A program made the translations under genes and the position numbers. A stretch of DNA of 64,000 nucleotides, from positions 4,628,784-4,692,783 of the forward strand of contig CM121341.1 of assembly GCA_051530055.1 (NCBI GenBank), written 5' to 3'. Each line of letters begins with the position of its first letter. Positions within the stretch are counted from its first letter, which is position 1. Shown here in pieces: positions 24,720-37,084 of this stretch. The notes under the pieces are model-generated. The model did not search any database, was not told the DNA's origin, and saw nothing but the letters and a program-made list of their open reading frames with translations. The stretch comes from Neoechinorhynchus agilis. Taxonomy: Eukaryota > Animalia > Acanthocephala.

Positions 24720-26780
24720 GTCCGTTTTTGTGGGCGAATTGGTGGTTATTGTTCTACGGAGAGTTTGCGAGGTTTAGTTTTTCCTCAGGTTCATTTCAAG
24801 TTCTGATATCCGAAAAGATTGGGCAGCATGGAAAAAAGGAGCCTAGGTTTAGAAAGTTTCGAGTTCGAAGGATGACGAAGCGAATTAAAATTACGAGTGT
24901 TGTGCTCATGAGAAAAATGGGACGATATATGGTAGAAATTGTGATTCAAGGGGTGATGGACGTTTTGATTGTTTAACGAAAATAGCATCAAGGCATTCGG
25001 TGAGATGGGGAGCAAATTTTAGATGCTCTTTTATGAAGAATTTCAAGACGGCGGATTTGAGATTTGGACAGGTTGCAAAATACGGGGTAACCGTAGGTGA
25101 AGGAAGGTAAAATAAAGCTGAAGTAATATTGGTAGAGATCGGGTGAAGTGATTCCAAAATGTCGGATGCGTTTGAAGAGATAAATTTTAAAGGTATTGTG
25201 ACCTTGAGGGACATTGTGATCTATGAGCCCCATTTCAAATTAGATTGAAATTGGAAACCAAGAATTCTGAGTGGGAGGTGACTCGTAGAATGTCATTTAG
25301 AAGCTCAGGGAATGATGTGGGGTTTCTGAAGAGAGGGGATCATTTCGGAGCATTAAAGAAATTCAGGTGGAGTTTGTGATTGGTGCCGAAATCGTTTATG
25401 TGGGTGATTTCGTTGGAGGTTAAGGAGAGGAAGGATGGGGTGGTCAATGGGTGATGAGGGTGATATCATCGGCATATAAGAAAAGCTTTAGAATGTCATT
25501 TAGAAGCTCAGGGAATGATGTGGGGTTGCGGAAGAGAGGGGATCATTTCGGAGCATTAAAGAAATTCATGTGGAGTTTCTGATTGGTTCAGAAATCGTTT
25601 ATGTGGGTGATTTCGTTGGAGGTTAAGGAGAAGAAGGATGGGGTGGTCAATGGGTGATGAGGGTGATATCATCGGCATATAAGAAAAGCTTCGAGAAAGA
25701 GGAGAGAGGCTAAAGGTCGTCTATGAAAATATTAAAAAAAAGTGGTGATAGGACGGCATCTTGAGGAACGCCTTTGGTGAGGGATAGGCTGATAGAAGAA
25801 GTAGAACGGCAGTGAATGTAATGTTTGCGATTATGAAGATGGGATTCAAGCCAGCGGATCTGCCACAAGTTAAGACCAAATTCGGAGCAGGCCCGGAGAA
25901 GGAGTGAATGGTCCACGGAGTCGAAAGCATTCGATAAATCCAGTTGAATGAAACGGGTGACGTGGGAAGGATCATTGTCGAGGTTTCGAAGGAGCGTGCC
26001 ATAAATGCAAAGTCGGGCATCGGTTGCAGAAAATTTGGGCCGGAAGCCAAATTGTAGAGGCGATAATTTGCTGTTGCGAAGTGGGAGAAGGCGAGTTTTA
26101 AAACATTTTTCGATGATTTTTGAAAGAGCGGCGGGTAGAATGGATTATTGGACGGAATTATTAAGTGGCATTGGATGTCCTTTTTTGGAAAAAGGACACC
26201 TATAGCAGTTTTCAGGCATGTGGGCGTGAAAGATTTTGTGGGGTCCGATGTGGAGCAGTGACTTTAAATTGAGTCAGGGCAGATTTTCTGATTGATGGAA
26301 TCTAGAACCTGTTTTAATTCAGTAGAGGACAAATTAAGGAAGGGATACGGGTAGCGTAGACCAAGAGTCCTTGACGGCCCGCCACCATGTTTAGTAGCCA
26401 CCTGATCGAATTTTAGAGAAAAGGAAGTTTTTGTGGGCCACAAGTATTTTGTTAGTTAGTGTTTTTTGCAAACGGGGAAAGTCTGGAGAGTTATTGTGAT
26501 GGGCCTTAGAAGCTTGCCTTTGAAGAAGTTTCAAGATGGGAGTTATCCATGGAGGGCCGCGGTTCGAGATCCTAATGATTTTCTTAAGAGAGTTAGAAAA
26601 TATTTTGTGATTGAAGTTAAGGAGAACATGGCCAAGGAAAAGTCATTTGTGTTGTCAGGGTGGGATGTGCGGATGTTAGAGTTGAACAATTTTATAAAGT
26701 TTTGGATGTGATGATTGCGTTTATCCCAGACGGATAAATGGGGAGGTTTTAAACGCTGAAGTTGGGTGGAGGGAGTAATG
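24720..26780 (-). mobile_element. CR1/L2-like remnant, copy 3, with an internal ~205 bp tandem duplication
   Basis: Reverse complement of copy 1; tagaatgtcatttagaagctcaggg occurs at ~25,286 and ~25,489. Confidence 0.78.
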
Positions 26781-27806
26781 AGGGCAGAAGAGTTTAATCC
26801 GATCCATGGGGATGCACAACCATCACCGTTCCGTTTTTCCTTTTTTCAATCACACCGCTACTGGAACTGCCTATCCATTATCCGCGATAATTGCATTCAC
26901 TCCGTCTAGAGATAATCGTTTCTCCGTTAATGACAATGAGCAAATCAGTGTTAACCAATGCATTTTAGCATAAATTGCTTATTTCATTACCCAAAGATAA
27001 TTGGGAATCTCGATTCATGACTATCCATTTAAGGCACGGTTTGCGGTACCAACTTGAATCAGTGAGCTGATTAACTTTGAAACACAATTTGAGGAACGGC
27101 ATTGATAATCCGATCGCTTGTCTAACGTCAACTTAATCCCTCCGCGTGTTTGTGGATTTCCGAGGAAGCCGTAAGACGGTGAAAGCTATCGGAAATAAAG
27201 ATTTTTCGTTATCCCATCTAAAACCAAAACTTGATCATGCGACTGGAAAATTAAGTAGTGTTTCACAAGATTAATCGGTTTATTGTTACAAAAGCCAATA
27301 CCCTCAAGTCGCTTGGCTTATACAATTGCTGTTAATACTTCATCTTTTTGTGTTCTTCGCCAAATCCACATCTTTACGGCTCCGTGAATAAGCGAAAATA
27401 ATAACAGAGTTACATATTCGATGTACCGGTCAACAGTCGGAATATATACGGTCAAAAATTGTTCTAAAACAAAAATTGTTACAGTTTTTCAAACAAAATA
27501 AACGTTTTCGCGACCGATTTAAACCAGAGGGAGCTAAAGAATCGGAAACTATTATGTGCAATCCACGGATCCGATTGGGATTATTGATTCCGACGGATGA
27601 AATTTCGCCATAAATCTTCTTCTAAGAGGCAACGAGTTTACTAGTTAAATTATTTGAAGTATTTCGATTGCTGAGTCCGTAAATGGACGAAATGGAAGAC
27701 GTTAACTACGAAGAAAACGCTAAACACAAATCAATCCATCGCCGAAATTATAAGTTTGCACGAGAAAGCAATCAACGAATAATATTTTAAATTGTTCTCT
27801 ACCATT

Positions 27807-28812
27807 TTACATACCGAGGCAAAAGAACGCAATTACAAAATAGGATCCAATGCACTTTATATGAACCGACTTTCGTCCATGTCTGACTTCATCATAGTAC
27901 ATGAGTTCGATTGTCTAAAAAATTTAGAATTATTTATAAAAAAGAACTATAAATTGCAGCTCACAATAAGCATGAAAAGTGCGCAAAAATAAGAAACGTT
28001 ATCGTACATGAGCCCATAATACATCCAAGCCGAGAACGAGTAAACGGACAGAATTATAGCCATTCCAATAAGTCCTGAATTGGCATTGAGCAGCACTAAT
28101 TGATTCCAGGATATACCACGGACGCTAAAATAATCAATGATTATTGAGACCAAATGAAAGCAGTACCTTCGATCAAACAAAGCAACAAGTTCGTTGTGGT
28201 AAGACAATAGTGCAATAAAATAAGCTGCAGAAGTAATTGCGACAAACTAAGAATTCGTTTTTGAGAATCTTAAGTAAAATTGGACCTACGAAGAATGCCT
28301 GCCGTTGAATTGCTAAATACCAAAGCATTAAGATTAATACAGACAATATATCTCGTATCGCTACCGACGATACATCTTTATCAATGTAATGAGTAGAAGA
28401 AGTTGTTGATACCTAAAGGAAAAAGGAGAGTAAAATGATCATCAATGTTTCTTTTTCGAGAAATGATTCTTACCTTTGCGAACATCGTGAGAGCGAATAG
28501 AATAAGTGTAAAATCGGACGGAGTGAAATCAGTATAAAATATATTCAGATTGGTGAGTGGACCAACACTAAATTTTAATTTGATTATAATCTTGTGTATA
28601 AATGAAGAAACAAGACTTACAATGAAATGTAATACATCCTGAAAAATGCGTTGAACATCAGAAATTGAATTGTATGGAAAATGACAGAAGTTATCACGAT
28701 GTAGGCTCTGATAGAAGTCATTATTTGCCAAAGGAAACAATAAAACGCCTTGACGTGCTTCGAAAATCTCTTCGAACGTTACGGTAACGTTTACTTTTAC
28801 ACCGACTTGCAA
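27807..28812 (-). CDS. Unknown multi-pass membrane protein, copy 4
   Basis: Reverse complement of copies 1/2 with private substitutions (IIIKLKFSVGPLTNLNIFY). Confidence 0.55.
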
Positions 28813-29984
28813 ATCAACTCGTTTTGAGATGAAATGATTGTACCTATTTACAGCGAAATATCATCAACAAAATGTTATTGCTTAGTAAAACATGATTCTA
28901 AAAACAAATAAACGGCTTTCTGAGCTTATTTAGAAAATATCTAGGAACTACATTCTTAACGAAACAAGAGAAAATGTTGACCTTCTTAAGGAGGAGATCA
29001 GTGTAAGAAAGTGAATTTGTCCGGGAAACATGCGATTTTCCTTTTTCAAAATAAATTCAATCTCGTTGGATAAATTCGATTGAACTGTAATATTCGATTT
29101 TAATTTTTAGAATAAAGCCAATCGCATTATACGAATTAAAGTATTTATTTCGCAGAAAGTAAGCGATTTTCTTTTTAGAATTAATCCAATCGCGTTTCAC
29201 CAAGTAAAATCGGATTGGACGGGAAATATGCAATTTTCTTCTTGGCAAAATTCGAAAAAATTGATTAAACACGAAACGCTAGTTTTCCTTTTTGCAAGCA
29301 ACCAAATCGAGTTGAGCGAAGAAAAAATCGTTTGGGCGAGAAACATGCGATGTTAAATTTCAGAAAAAAAACAATCTCGTTATATTAATTCGATTGGAAA
29401 GGTAATATGCAATTTCAATTTTTAGAATAATACAATTGGCGTTATTTCATTGAAAAATTAAAACTGAAAAGGATACATGCGATTTTCATTTTTTGAATAA
29501 AAATAAATGGCATTAGACGAAGAAAAATTAGTTTTTTTGCAGGAAATATGCAATTTTTTTCTTTGCAAAAGATGAAGAAATTTTTTTATTAGAAAGTAAA
29601 CATGCGTTTTTCTCTTTCGCCATGGAACCAATCGCGTTAAACGAATAAAAATGCGATTGGGCGTGCTGATGAAACTAAAACCTGGTAGCTAATTTAGTTT
29701 TTCTCCGATCCTTTTTTAACTACAATTAAATCCCAATTAAATTAGCGTTAAAATGTTCGCAAAATAACACCTCGTTCCGCTGCTGCTTTGTTTTTCTTCG
29801 TGTAAATATAGCAAATGTTTTTTGCTTTTGTATCAGGAATTGCTTTCAATGTTTTTTTCACATTGTAAAACAAACATCAATTTTGAGCAATAGATTGTTT
29901 TCCCATTCATGAACGAGATTAGCGGTCCGAATAGCAAACGATTTCCAACTGAAGGTGATTTCGACTTGTACAACATAAGAACGA

Positions 29985-30919
29985 ATGTTTTCGTTATGGA
30001 ACCATTCATCAGTGTTCGTGAACGGTCATAAGATTTGTCTAAAAGGAAGACTTGGCCGAAGATCCCGTAACAAGGTCTACCGCGGCATTTTATCACAAAC
30101 GAACGAGCCAGTCGCATTAAAAGAAAGTTCATTCAATGAAACAAACCCATTGAAATCCACGATATGTTTCGCACAATCCATGGCTGAGATTGGGTCCTAC
30201 ATAAAGCTCAGTGATTGTCCGAGAGTTGCTCGTTTATACGATTATGAACTCAACATGGACGAAAAACGCGCTCGATTAGTTATGGAACTTTGCAATGAAA
30301 ACCTTTATAAACACTCATTGAGTCGTCGTGGATTTAGATTGAACATGAGCTTATGGTATTCAATGGTTTTGGCAGTCAATGAGGTGCACGAACGAGATAT
30401 CATTCATGCGGACATAAAACCCGAGAACTTTGTGTTTGGAAACGACGGAAATGTGAAATTAATCGATTTCGGGTACTCGATTACTGTTAAACCGCAACCG
30501 AGTTTTAATTATTACAGGGGAACGTTGCCCTATGTAAGCCCAGAAGTTCTGGCTCATAGATATCGAATATTCTTTTTTTTGGATTGTATTTCGATTTTGA
30601 ATATTCGATTATTAAGCCGTATGGAATGTACTCAACGAAATGCGATGTTTGGGCTTTAGGTTGCATTCTCTACGAGATGGTCTACGGTGAACCGTATATT
30701 TCAAACGGAATTATTAGCACAATATTTAACAGCGATAAAGTTGTTCTGAACAAGATGGCAAGGATAAAGTTCCCAAAGTTAGAGGACCTCGATCTATTCG
30801 ATTTACTATACAAATGCATGAGTCTTTCACCTTGTTTAAGATTATCTACCGGGGAAATTTTAGAACATCGTTTCATGAGACGAGCGCGGCGTGTATTCGA
30901 TATTGAAAATATTCATTAG
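29985..30919 (+). CDS. Mps1/TTK-like kinase, copy 3, split by a 1 nt deletion in a T-run at ~30,570
   Basis: ORFs 29985-30659 and 30584-30919 together give the 311 aa protein; the T-run is one base shorter than in copy 2. Confidence 0.7.
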
Positions 30920-31032
30920 GAATAAAATACAGCTTATATTTTTCTAATCGAGTCACTTTTTTTGTCAGAACCAATCATCTTCACGGAACATAGACAAAAA
31001 ACTGCTTTAAAATTGGGATAGAAGACAAAACT

Positions 31033-31984
31033 TTAATCAAGATTAACACAAACAGCAGCCACTGACGGTAGAATATCGCATATTTGTTTGTTGATTTCTC
31101 TAGAAATCTCTTTAGGATTACCACAATAACAGTAGCCTTTGATAGTAACAACGGCGTATTCACCAAATCCCGTTGTCCAGCAATGTTGTCTATCCTTGAA
31201 CACGACGCGATCGCCAAATCTTGAGAGAATTTGGTCAACGTCTCTTCTCAAGAAGTGATCAGTTTTGTGCAGTAGAATGCCCGAAGTTAGTGAAAAGAAC
31301 GGATACATTGTTATCCAAACAATGATAGTAAACAAAACAAGTTGCATGTGAGCTTTTCTATGAGTTCGATCGATGCTCGTTAAAAAAATTGAGATCATCA
31401 TGAGATTCGCCATGAGTAAAAAAGCGTTCGGACGCGTTTTTGAGAACGGCCAAACTACTTGAAAAATGTTTGAATTCGCATGATCCAATGCTATGAATCC
31501 TTCAGGCGGAATAGAGATCTTGTCTGAAGGATCCGAGAATGCGAATGCTCGATGATGGAACGCTTTTAAACACAAAACGTGGCTCATGTAAATAACAAAA
31601 TTAAAAATGGTAAACTTGGTGTCCTCAGAATGGCTTTGATGGTGAGGTTCGTGGTGCTCATGGATCCAAACTTCTTTTATGACAAATAAAATATACAACC
31701 ACGTTGTCGTAAGCTCTTTTGTCCTCTTAAAAGTGACCACCAAGAAGGCAAAAGTTTTGTTTAGATGCAACGAACACGCTAAGCACTTGGAATCGAGGAA
31801 TAAATCCAAGCGGGAATTTCCGTTTATCAACACTTAGTCCTTTCTCGGTCAAATATGAACCGGTGTAACATATATCGAATACCAGAAGAGCTCCAAGAAG
31901 TCGTTCCGATAAGCCAACTGTAAATGTCCATAAAAAAAGACAAATCGATAACACACACATTGAAGACGCAATCCATTTTGACAT
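31033..31984 (-). CDS. SLC30A6: ZnT6/SLC30A6-like transporter, copy 3
   Basis: ORF translations identical to copies 1 and 2. Confidence 0.75.
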
Positions 31985-32299
31985 TCTGAAAAAAGTGTTT
32001 TTAGGGGAAAAGATATATTAATCTTTATGAGGTCAATTATGTAAAATATTCACAAAAACTTTTCTGCGTTAACTGGGTTTTTTTAAAACGAGGATTAATT
32101 TTTATGGGGCCTTCAAAATAAAGGGACTTTACCAAGGATTCTGTAAGAACAACACGTTTTATTTGCTGATTTGTTGATTCACAAAGAAGATTAGCCCTGT
32201 AGCTTTGGGTCCTCACAAAAACACTCGAGTTCTGATCGGATAATTGAATCCGGCTATTGATTTTCGGGTGGAAAAGGAGTGCGTTCCAGTGGGAATCTC

Positions 32300-33800
32300 C
32301 GGTTCGGTTGGAAGGTCCGTTTTTGTGGGCGAATTGGTGGTTATTGTTCTACGGAGAGTTTGCAAGGTTTAGTCTTTCCTCAGGTTAATTTCAAGTTCTG
32401 ATATCCGAAAAGATTGGGCAGCATGGAAAAAAGGAGCCTAGGTTTAGAAAGGTTCGAGCTCGAAGGATGACGAAGCGAATTAAAATTACGAGTGTTGTGC
32501 TCATGAGAAAAATGGGACGATATATGGTAGAAATTGTGATTCAAGGGGTGATGGACGTTTTGATTGTTTAACGAAAATAGCATCAAGGCATTCGGTGAGA
32601 TGGGGAGCAAATTTTAGATGCTCTTTTATGAAGAATTTCAAGACGGCGGATTTGAGATTTGGACAGGTTGCAAAATACGGGGTAACCGTAGGTGAAGGAA
32701 GGTAAAATAAAGCTGAAGTAATATTGGTAGAGATCGGGTGAAGTGATTCCAAAATGTCGGATGCGTTTGAAGAGATAAATTTTAAAGGTATTGTGACCTT
32801 GAGGGACATTGTGATCTATGAGCCCCATTTCAAATTAGATTGAAATTGGAAACCAAGAATTCTGAGTGGGAGGTGACTCGTAGAATGTCATTTAGAAGCT
32901 CAGGGAATGATGTGGGGTTTCTGAAGAGAGGGGATCATTTCGGAGCATTAAAGAAATTCAGGTGGAGTTTGTGATTGGTGCCGAAATCGTTTATGTGGGT
33001 GATTTCGTTGGAGGTTAAGGAGAGAAAGGATGGGGTGGTCAATGGGTGATGAGGGTGATATCATCGGCATATAAGAAAAGCTTCGAGAAAGAGGAGAGTG
33101 GTTGAAGGTCGTCTAAGAAAATATTAAAAAAAAGTGGTGATAGGACGGCATCTTGAGGAACGCCTTTGGTGAGGGATAGGCTGATAGAAGAAGTAGAACG
33201 GCAGTGAATGTATTGTTTCCGATTGTGAAGATAAGATTTGAGTCAGCGGATCTGCCACAAGTTGAGACCAAAATCGAAGTGGGCCCGGAGAAGGAGTGAA
33301 TGGTCCACGGAGTCGAAAGCATTCGATAAATCCAGTTGAATGAGACGGGTGACGTGGGAAGGATCATTGTCGAGGTTTCGAAGGAGCGTGCCATAAATGC
33401 AAAGTCGGGCATCGGTTGCAGAAAATTTGGGCCGGAAGCCAAATTGTAGAGGCGATAATTTGCTGTTGCGAAGTGGGAGAAGGCGAGTTTTAAAACATTT
33501 TTCGATGATTTTTGAAAGAGCGGCGGGTAGAATGGATTATTGGACGGAATTATTAAGTGGCATTGGATGTCCTTTTTTTGAAAAAGGAGGTTTCGAAGGA
33601 GCGTGCCATAAATGCAAAGTCGGGCATCGGTTGCAGAAAATTTGGGCCGGAAGCCAAATTGTAGAGGCGATAATTTGCTGTTGCGAAGTGGGAGAAGGCG
33701 AGATTTAAAACATTTTTCGATGATTTTTGAAAGAGCGGCGGGTAGAATGGATTATTGGACGGAATTATTAAGTGGCATTGGATGTCCTTTTTTGGAAAAA
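32300..33800 (-). mobile_element. CR1/L2-like remnant, copy 4, with an internal ~215 bp tandem duplication
   Basis: ORFs 33397 and 33612 start with the same MQSRASVAENLG, 215 bp apart. Confidence 0.75.
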
Positions 33801-33819
33801 GGACACCTATAGCAGTTTT

Positions 33820-34014
33820 CAGGCATTAGGGTTAGATGGAACACTAATTACTACATCGGTCTACGTAAAGCCAACTGAAACAAATAGTTATGCACTATGG
33901 ATATTCAAAGGCTTTCTGCATCGTGGAAACAACATCTGCAGTAAGGAATGCCTCAGAGATGAAATCCTACATTTGAAACTAATTTTAAGCAATTCGGAGG
34001 ATCAGAAAGATGCT
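33820..34014 (+). mobile_element. Penelope-like RT thumb fragment at the outer right boundary of the amplicon
   Basis: Reverse complement of 8472-8670. Confidence 0.7.
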
Positions 34015-34468
34015 CCTACTTCAGAGCGAGAGCCTCGTCGTAGAACCGTTAAAACTGATTTGAAACAAATTGAACTCTGGAATTTCCGAAGCGTTCTATG
34101 CAGTTCAACGTAGCCTAGAACCTGTTTTTGGGGTATTTTTATATGATTTCCCATAGAATCGATCGTTGCTTATTCGATCACATTTGCGCCAAATCGATGA
34201 CGGCTCCTGTTCTGAACCGGCAAACATTTCTGTCCAATGTTTTAAAGTTAAAGAAGTATAAGAGAAAAAGTAAGATTTTTGAACATTTTAAAGATCGAAA
34301 TGAGCTGAAGAACAAAACATTAATATAAAATTCAAAAAAACAGGATATAGTGTACACAATTAGGCCGGTATCAAGGAAAGTGGTTGCCGAAGGAAACGTC
34401 CTATGTTTGTGCACTCTACACAATGCGAACTATAGATCTCTTATTTAGCACTTTAGGCGCTTTGCACT

Positions 34469-35606
34469 GTGGCAAATTGCACTTTCTTTATAGAGAATAC
34501 CGTCGAGACGCGTATCCAGGGGAGCCTTCCTCCATGGCTACCTACAGAGCTGCTTTTTACTCAACTGAAAGCACTTTCACCTCCTTCATTTGTACGACAT
34601 CCCACCACCACCACCGAATCAAGCGTTCATTGTAAAGTCGCAATGGAATCGAAAGTAAATAACGAACCGATCTGTTTGACAAAAAGCGATATCCTAATAA
34701 CAAGCATCATTTGTGTAAAAGAAATCTTTAAAAACCACAATTGCTCTCCAGGTAATTCAGAGACTTTAAGCGAAGATAATGCCATCGCCGAAATCGACGA
34801 TTCGAGTGAAATGTCATCTGTAGAAGACGTGGATGATTTGTGTGAATCTCCTCTCGATTGGAAGACTCTGAATAGCCTTTCAACAACTCAACAATGTTAT
34901 CAGAGCAACAGTCACATTGTGATTGACTGTCGATGCGTAAATTCAAGCAGGAACATCTCATTGTCCTATATAGCTCGTAAATTCCTTCTTAATTTTATAA
35001 CCAAAGAAATCTCTAGACTTGGTTTACTTATTTTTGAAGCATGTCGGCATCCATGTCTTGCGATTGATTGTGACATTATTGAGAATCCAATTTTGCGCTA
35101 TATATTGATACGTCGATCAGCGCCAAGAATTGTTCATGCGATCTTAGGTCAATCGTCGATTGTGCCTTTTATTCTCGTCAAAAAGGGATCGCACATTCTC
35201 GAACGGTTTTCTTACCGTACGGTCCCTCTTAAGGCCAAACTACAATACCAATCTCAGAATTAGACATCTCAGTCGCGGCATGGCACTCCGAATTCTACAT
35301 CGACGGGCTGCCATCGCTCTCTGCCCTCATGATCAATCAATGAAATGGATCCAACGCGGTTACATTGCTGAAATGCGCCACATAAAGGAGCGGTTCGTTA
35401 GCATTTACCGATCCTTTGACGCGAATCGCCTAAGAGATCAATGTAGACGAATTGTAGGACCACCCGTGAACGTTAACATTGCAACTATGAACGACGATAC
35501 TCTTTTGAACGTCATCGACGACCAACCAAATCGATCAAAAACAATTTCGAAAACAATCAATCGAACTTCAGTTCCTAAAAAAACCCACGAAAAATGCGCA
35601 AACTGA
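34469..35606 (+). CDS. Hypothetical protein-coding region (overlapping ORFs of 264 and 148 aa, possibly one spliced gene)
   Basis: Long stop-free frames in AT-rich DNA with an acidic patch (EIDDSSEMSSVEDVDD); no family recognised. Confidence 0.4.
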
Positions 35607-36192
35607 TTCAAATTGATTTCATTCTCGATTGGGGTTCCACCCCACCTTTCAAAAAATAAACACAAAATCTATTAAATGAAGATTTCAAATTAGATCACAA
35701 ATAAGTCGATTGCTCGATATTTAACGGCAATGGATTGATTGCAATGTAAGCATCCACATTTTTTTTCATCGGTCCATCATTGTCGAGACTCTCAAAAGAA
35801 ACGGATCGGCTGTATATTTTAGATTTTCTCGTCATAATGTTTCTCTTTAAGGCCATCAAATTCACAATGATCAAAATAGCACTCTTTAATCGTCAGTGAC
35901 TTCAAAAGTAAAAAGAAGATTTTGATCGCTAATTTTTAGAAATTTGACTCGTATAAACATCATCCAATAAATTTTGTTACTCATATTTGCCCTATATCTT
36001 TTTTCAATAAACAAACAATATCTTCACATTTCATCAAATTATTTTTTTCACATTTCATCAAATTTTGCATCACTTGTGGTGGACCGCATTTATTTCAGTT
36101 ATTATAAAAAAATCTTTTTGTATTCTCCCTGGCTTCAGCGTAACATTTTAAATTCATTAGCAGCCGAATTTCTCTTCGAAGCTCTCTTTTTG

Positions 36193-36362
36193 TAAAGATT
36201 GGTGAATTTATTAAAATTAAATTAAGATTGCCAATTGAATTCGAATTTTCGACCCTTTCGTGGGTCTTCGTCAGGATATCGTTAAAGTGTTTTACGAAAG
36301 GGTCGAAAATTCGAATTCAATTGACAATCTTAATTTAATTTTAATAAATTCACCAATCTTTA
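36193..36362. repeat. 69 bp near-perfect inverted repeat (32 nt loop) overlapping a hammerhead core
   Basis: 36193-36261 is the reverse complement of 36294-36362 with one mismatch. Confidence 0.95.
36237..36280 (-). ncRNA. PLE-type hammerhead ribozyme core (stem I partner absent)
   Basis: Minus strand reads CUGACGA-A-GACCC acgaaa GGGUC-GAAA-AUUCGAAU-U-C, with a palindromic stem-loop III and a UUC cleavage triplet ending at 36237. Confidence 0.75.
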
Positions 36363-36461
36363 AATTATCTTATGCACAATATCTTAACACTCTTCTTTTT
36401 TCCAAAAAATTTGCACTTTTGGAAACACTAAATTTTTATAACCTCTCGCCGCTGAGACAAT

Positions 36462-36471
36462 TGGTGCCGTG
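36462..36471 (+). other. Possible LTR-retrotransposon primer-binding site (tRNA-His type)
   Basis: ..gagaCA-at-TGGTGCCGTG: 10 nt complementary to the tRNA-His 3' end, 2 nt after a CA. No gag or second LTR is visible. Confidence 0.3.
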
Positions 36472-37084
36472 GGACCAAGCTCCGCAGAATTTTTAACCTT
36501 TGAAAATGGTTAATTATTTTTGTAGCTCACTACAAAAATCAAAGTATCGATTAAATGAATTGTAATAATCGGAGAATTAGTGATTCAGAAAAAAAAGAAT
36601 GCTGAATCCTCGATGCAATGGAGGACAAAAGACATTCCTCAGATCGCAAAATTTTATAAATAAAAAAGGATTTAAAAAATACGTAACATTTTGAACAATC
36701 GGGCCCAAAAATATCCAAAGGGTTAAAACCGATAATAAAAAATCCAAATTTAATGACCCGTGAGTTTAGTTGAGAATAAAGGACGCGAATCCGATCAGAA
36801 TGATAATTGTAAGTAAAACGCAGGAAACAATGAGATCCACGTCGTTTGGTCTTAATTCACGAAACTGAATTCGCAAAGTGTTCCTAGCAACGTATTCACC
36901 AATCATTTAGCTCGTTAGAGAATGTACGAATCATCGTTTGAGAGCTCATTTCAAAGTTTGCACCTTCGAAAACAAGTACACCGACTTTCAAAATCACGAT
37001 GATCAAAACAAAGTCTTTGGAACAGATTATTCTTGGCAAGTCTTTTTGGGAATTTTAATAACTTCTTTTCACTCGCGCATTTTT

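Larger units (their letters stand above)
5655..34014. repeat. Segmental amplicon: ~7.57 kb unit in tandem, mirrored as a giant imperfect palindrome (axis ~17,337)
   Basis: Direct periods are 5871->13437 (7566 bp) and 22409->29985 (7576 bp). Mirror pairs 11330-12265(-)/22409-23344(+), 10416-11216(+)/23459-24259(-) and 5871-6302(+)/28381-28812(-) have coordinate sums of ~34,675-34,683. Unique central sequence lies at ~16,950-19,630. Confidence 0.95.
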
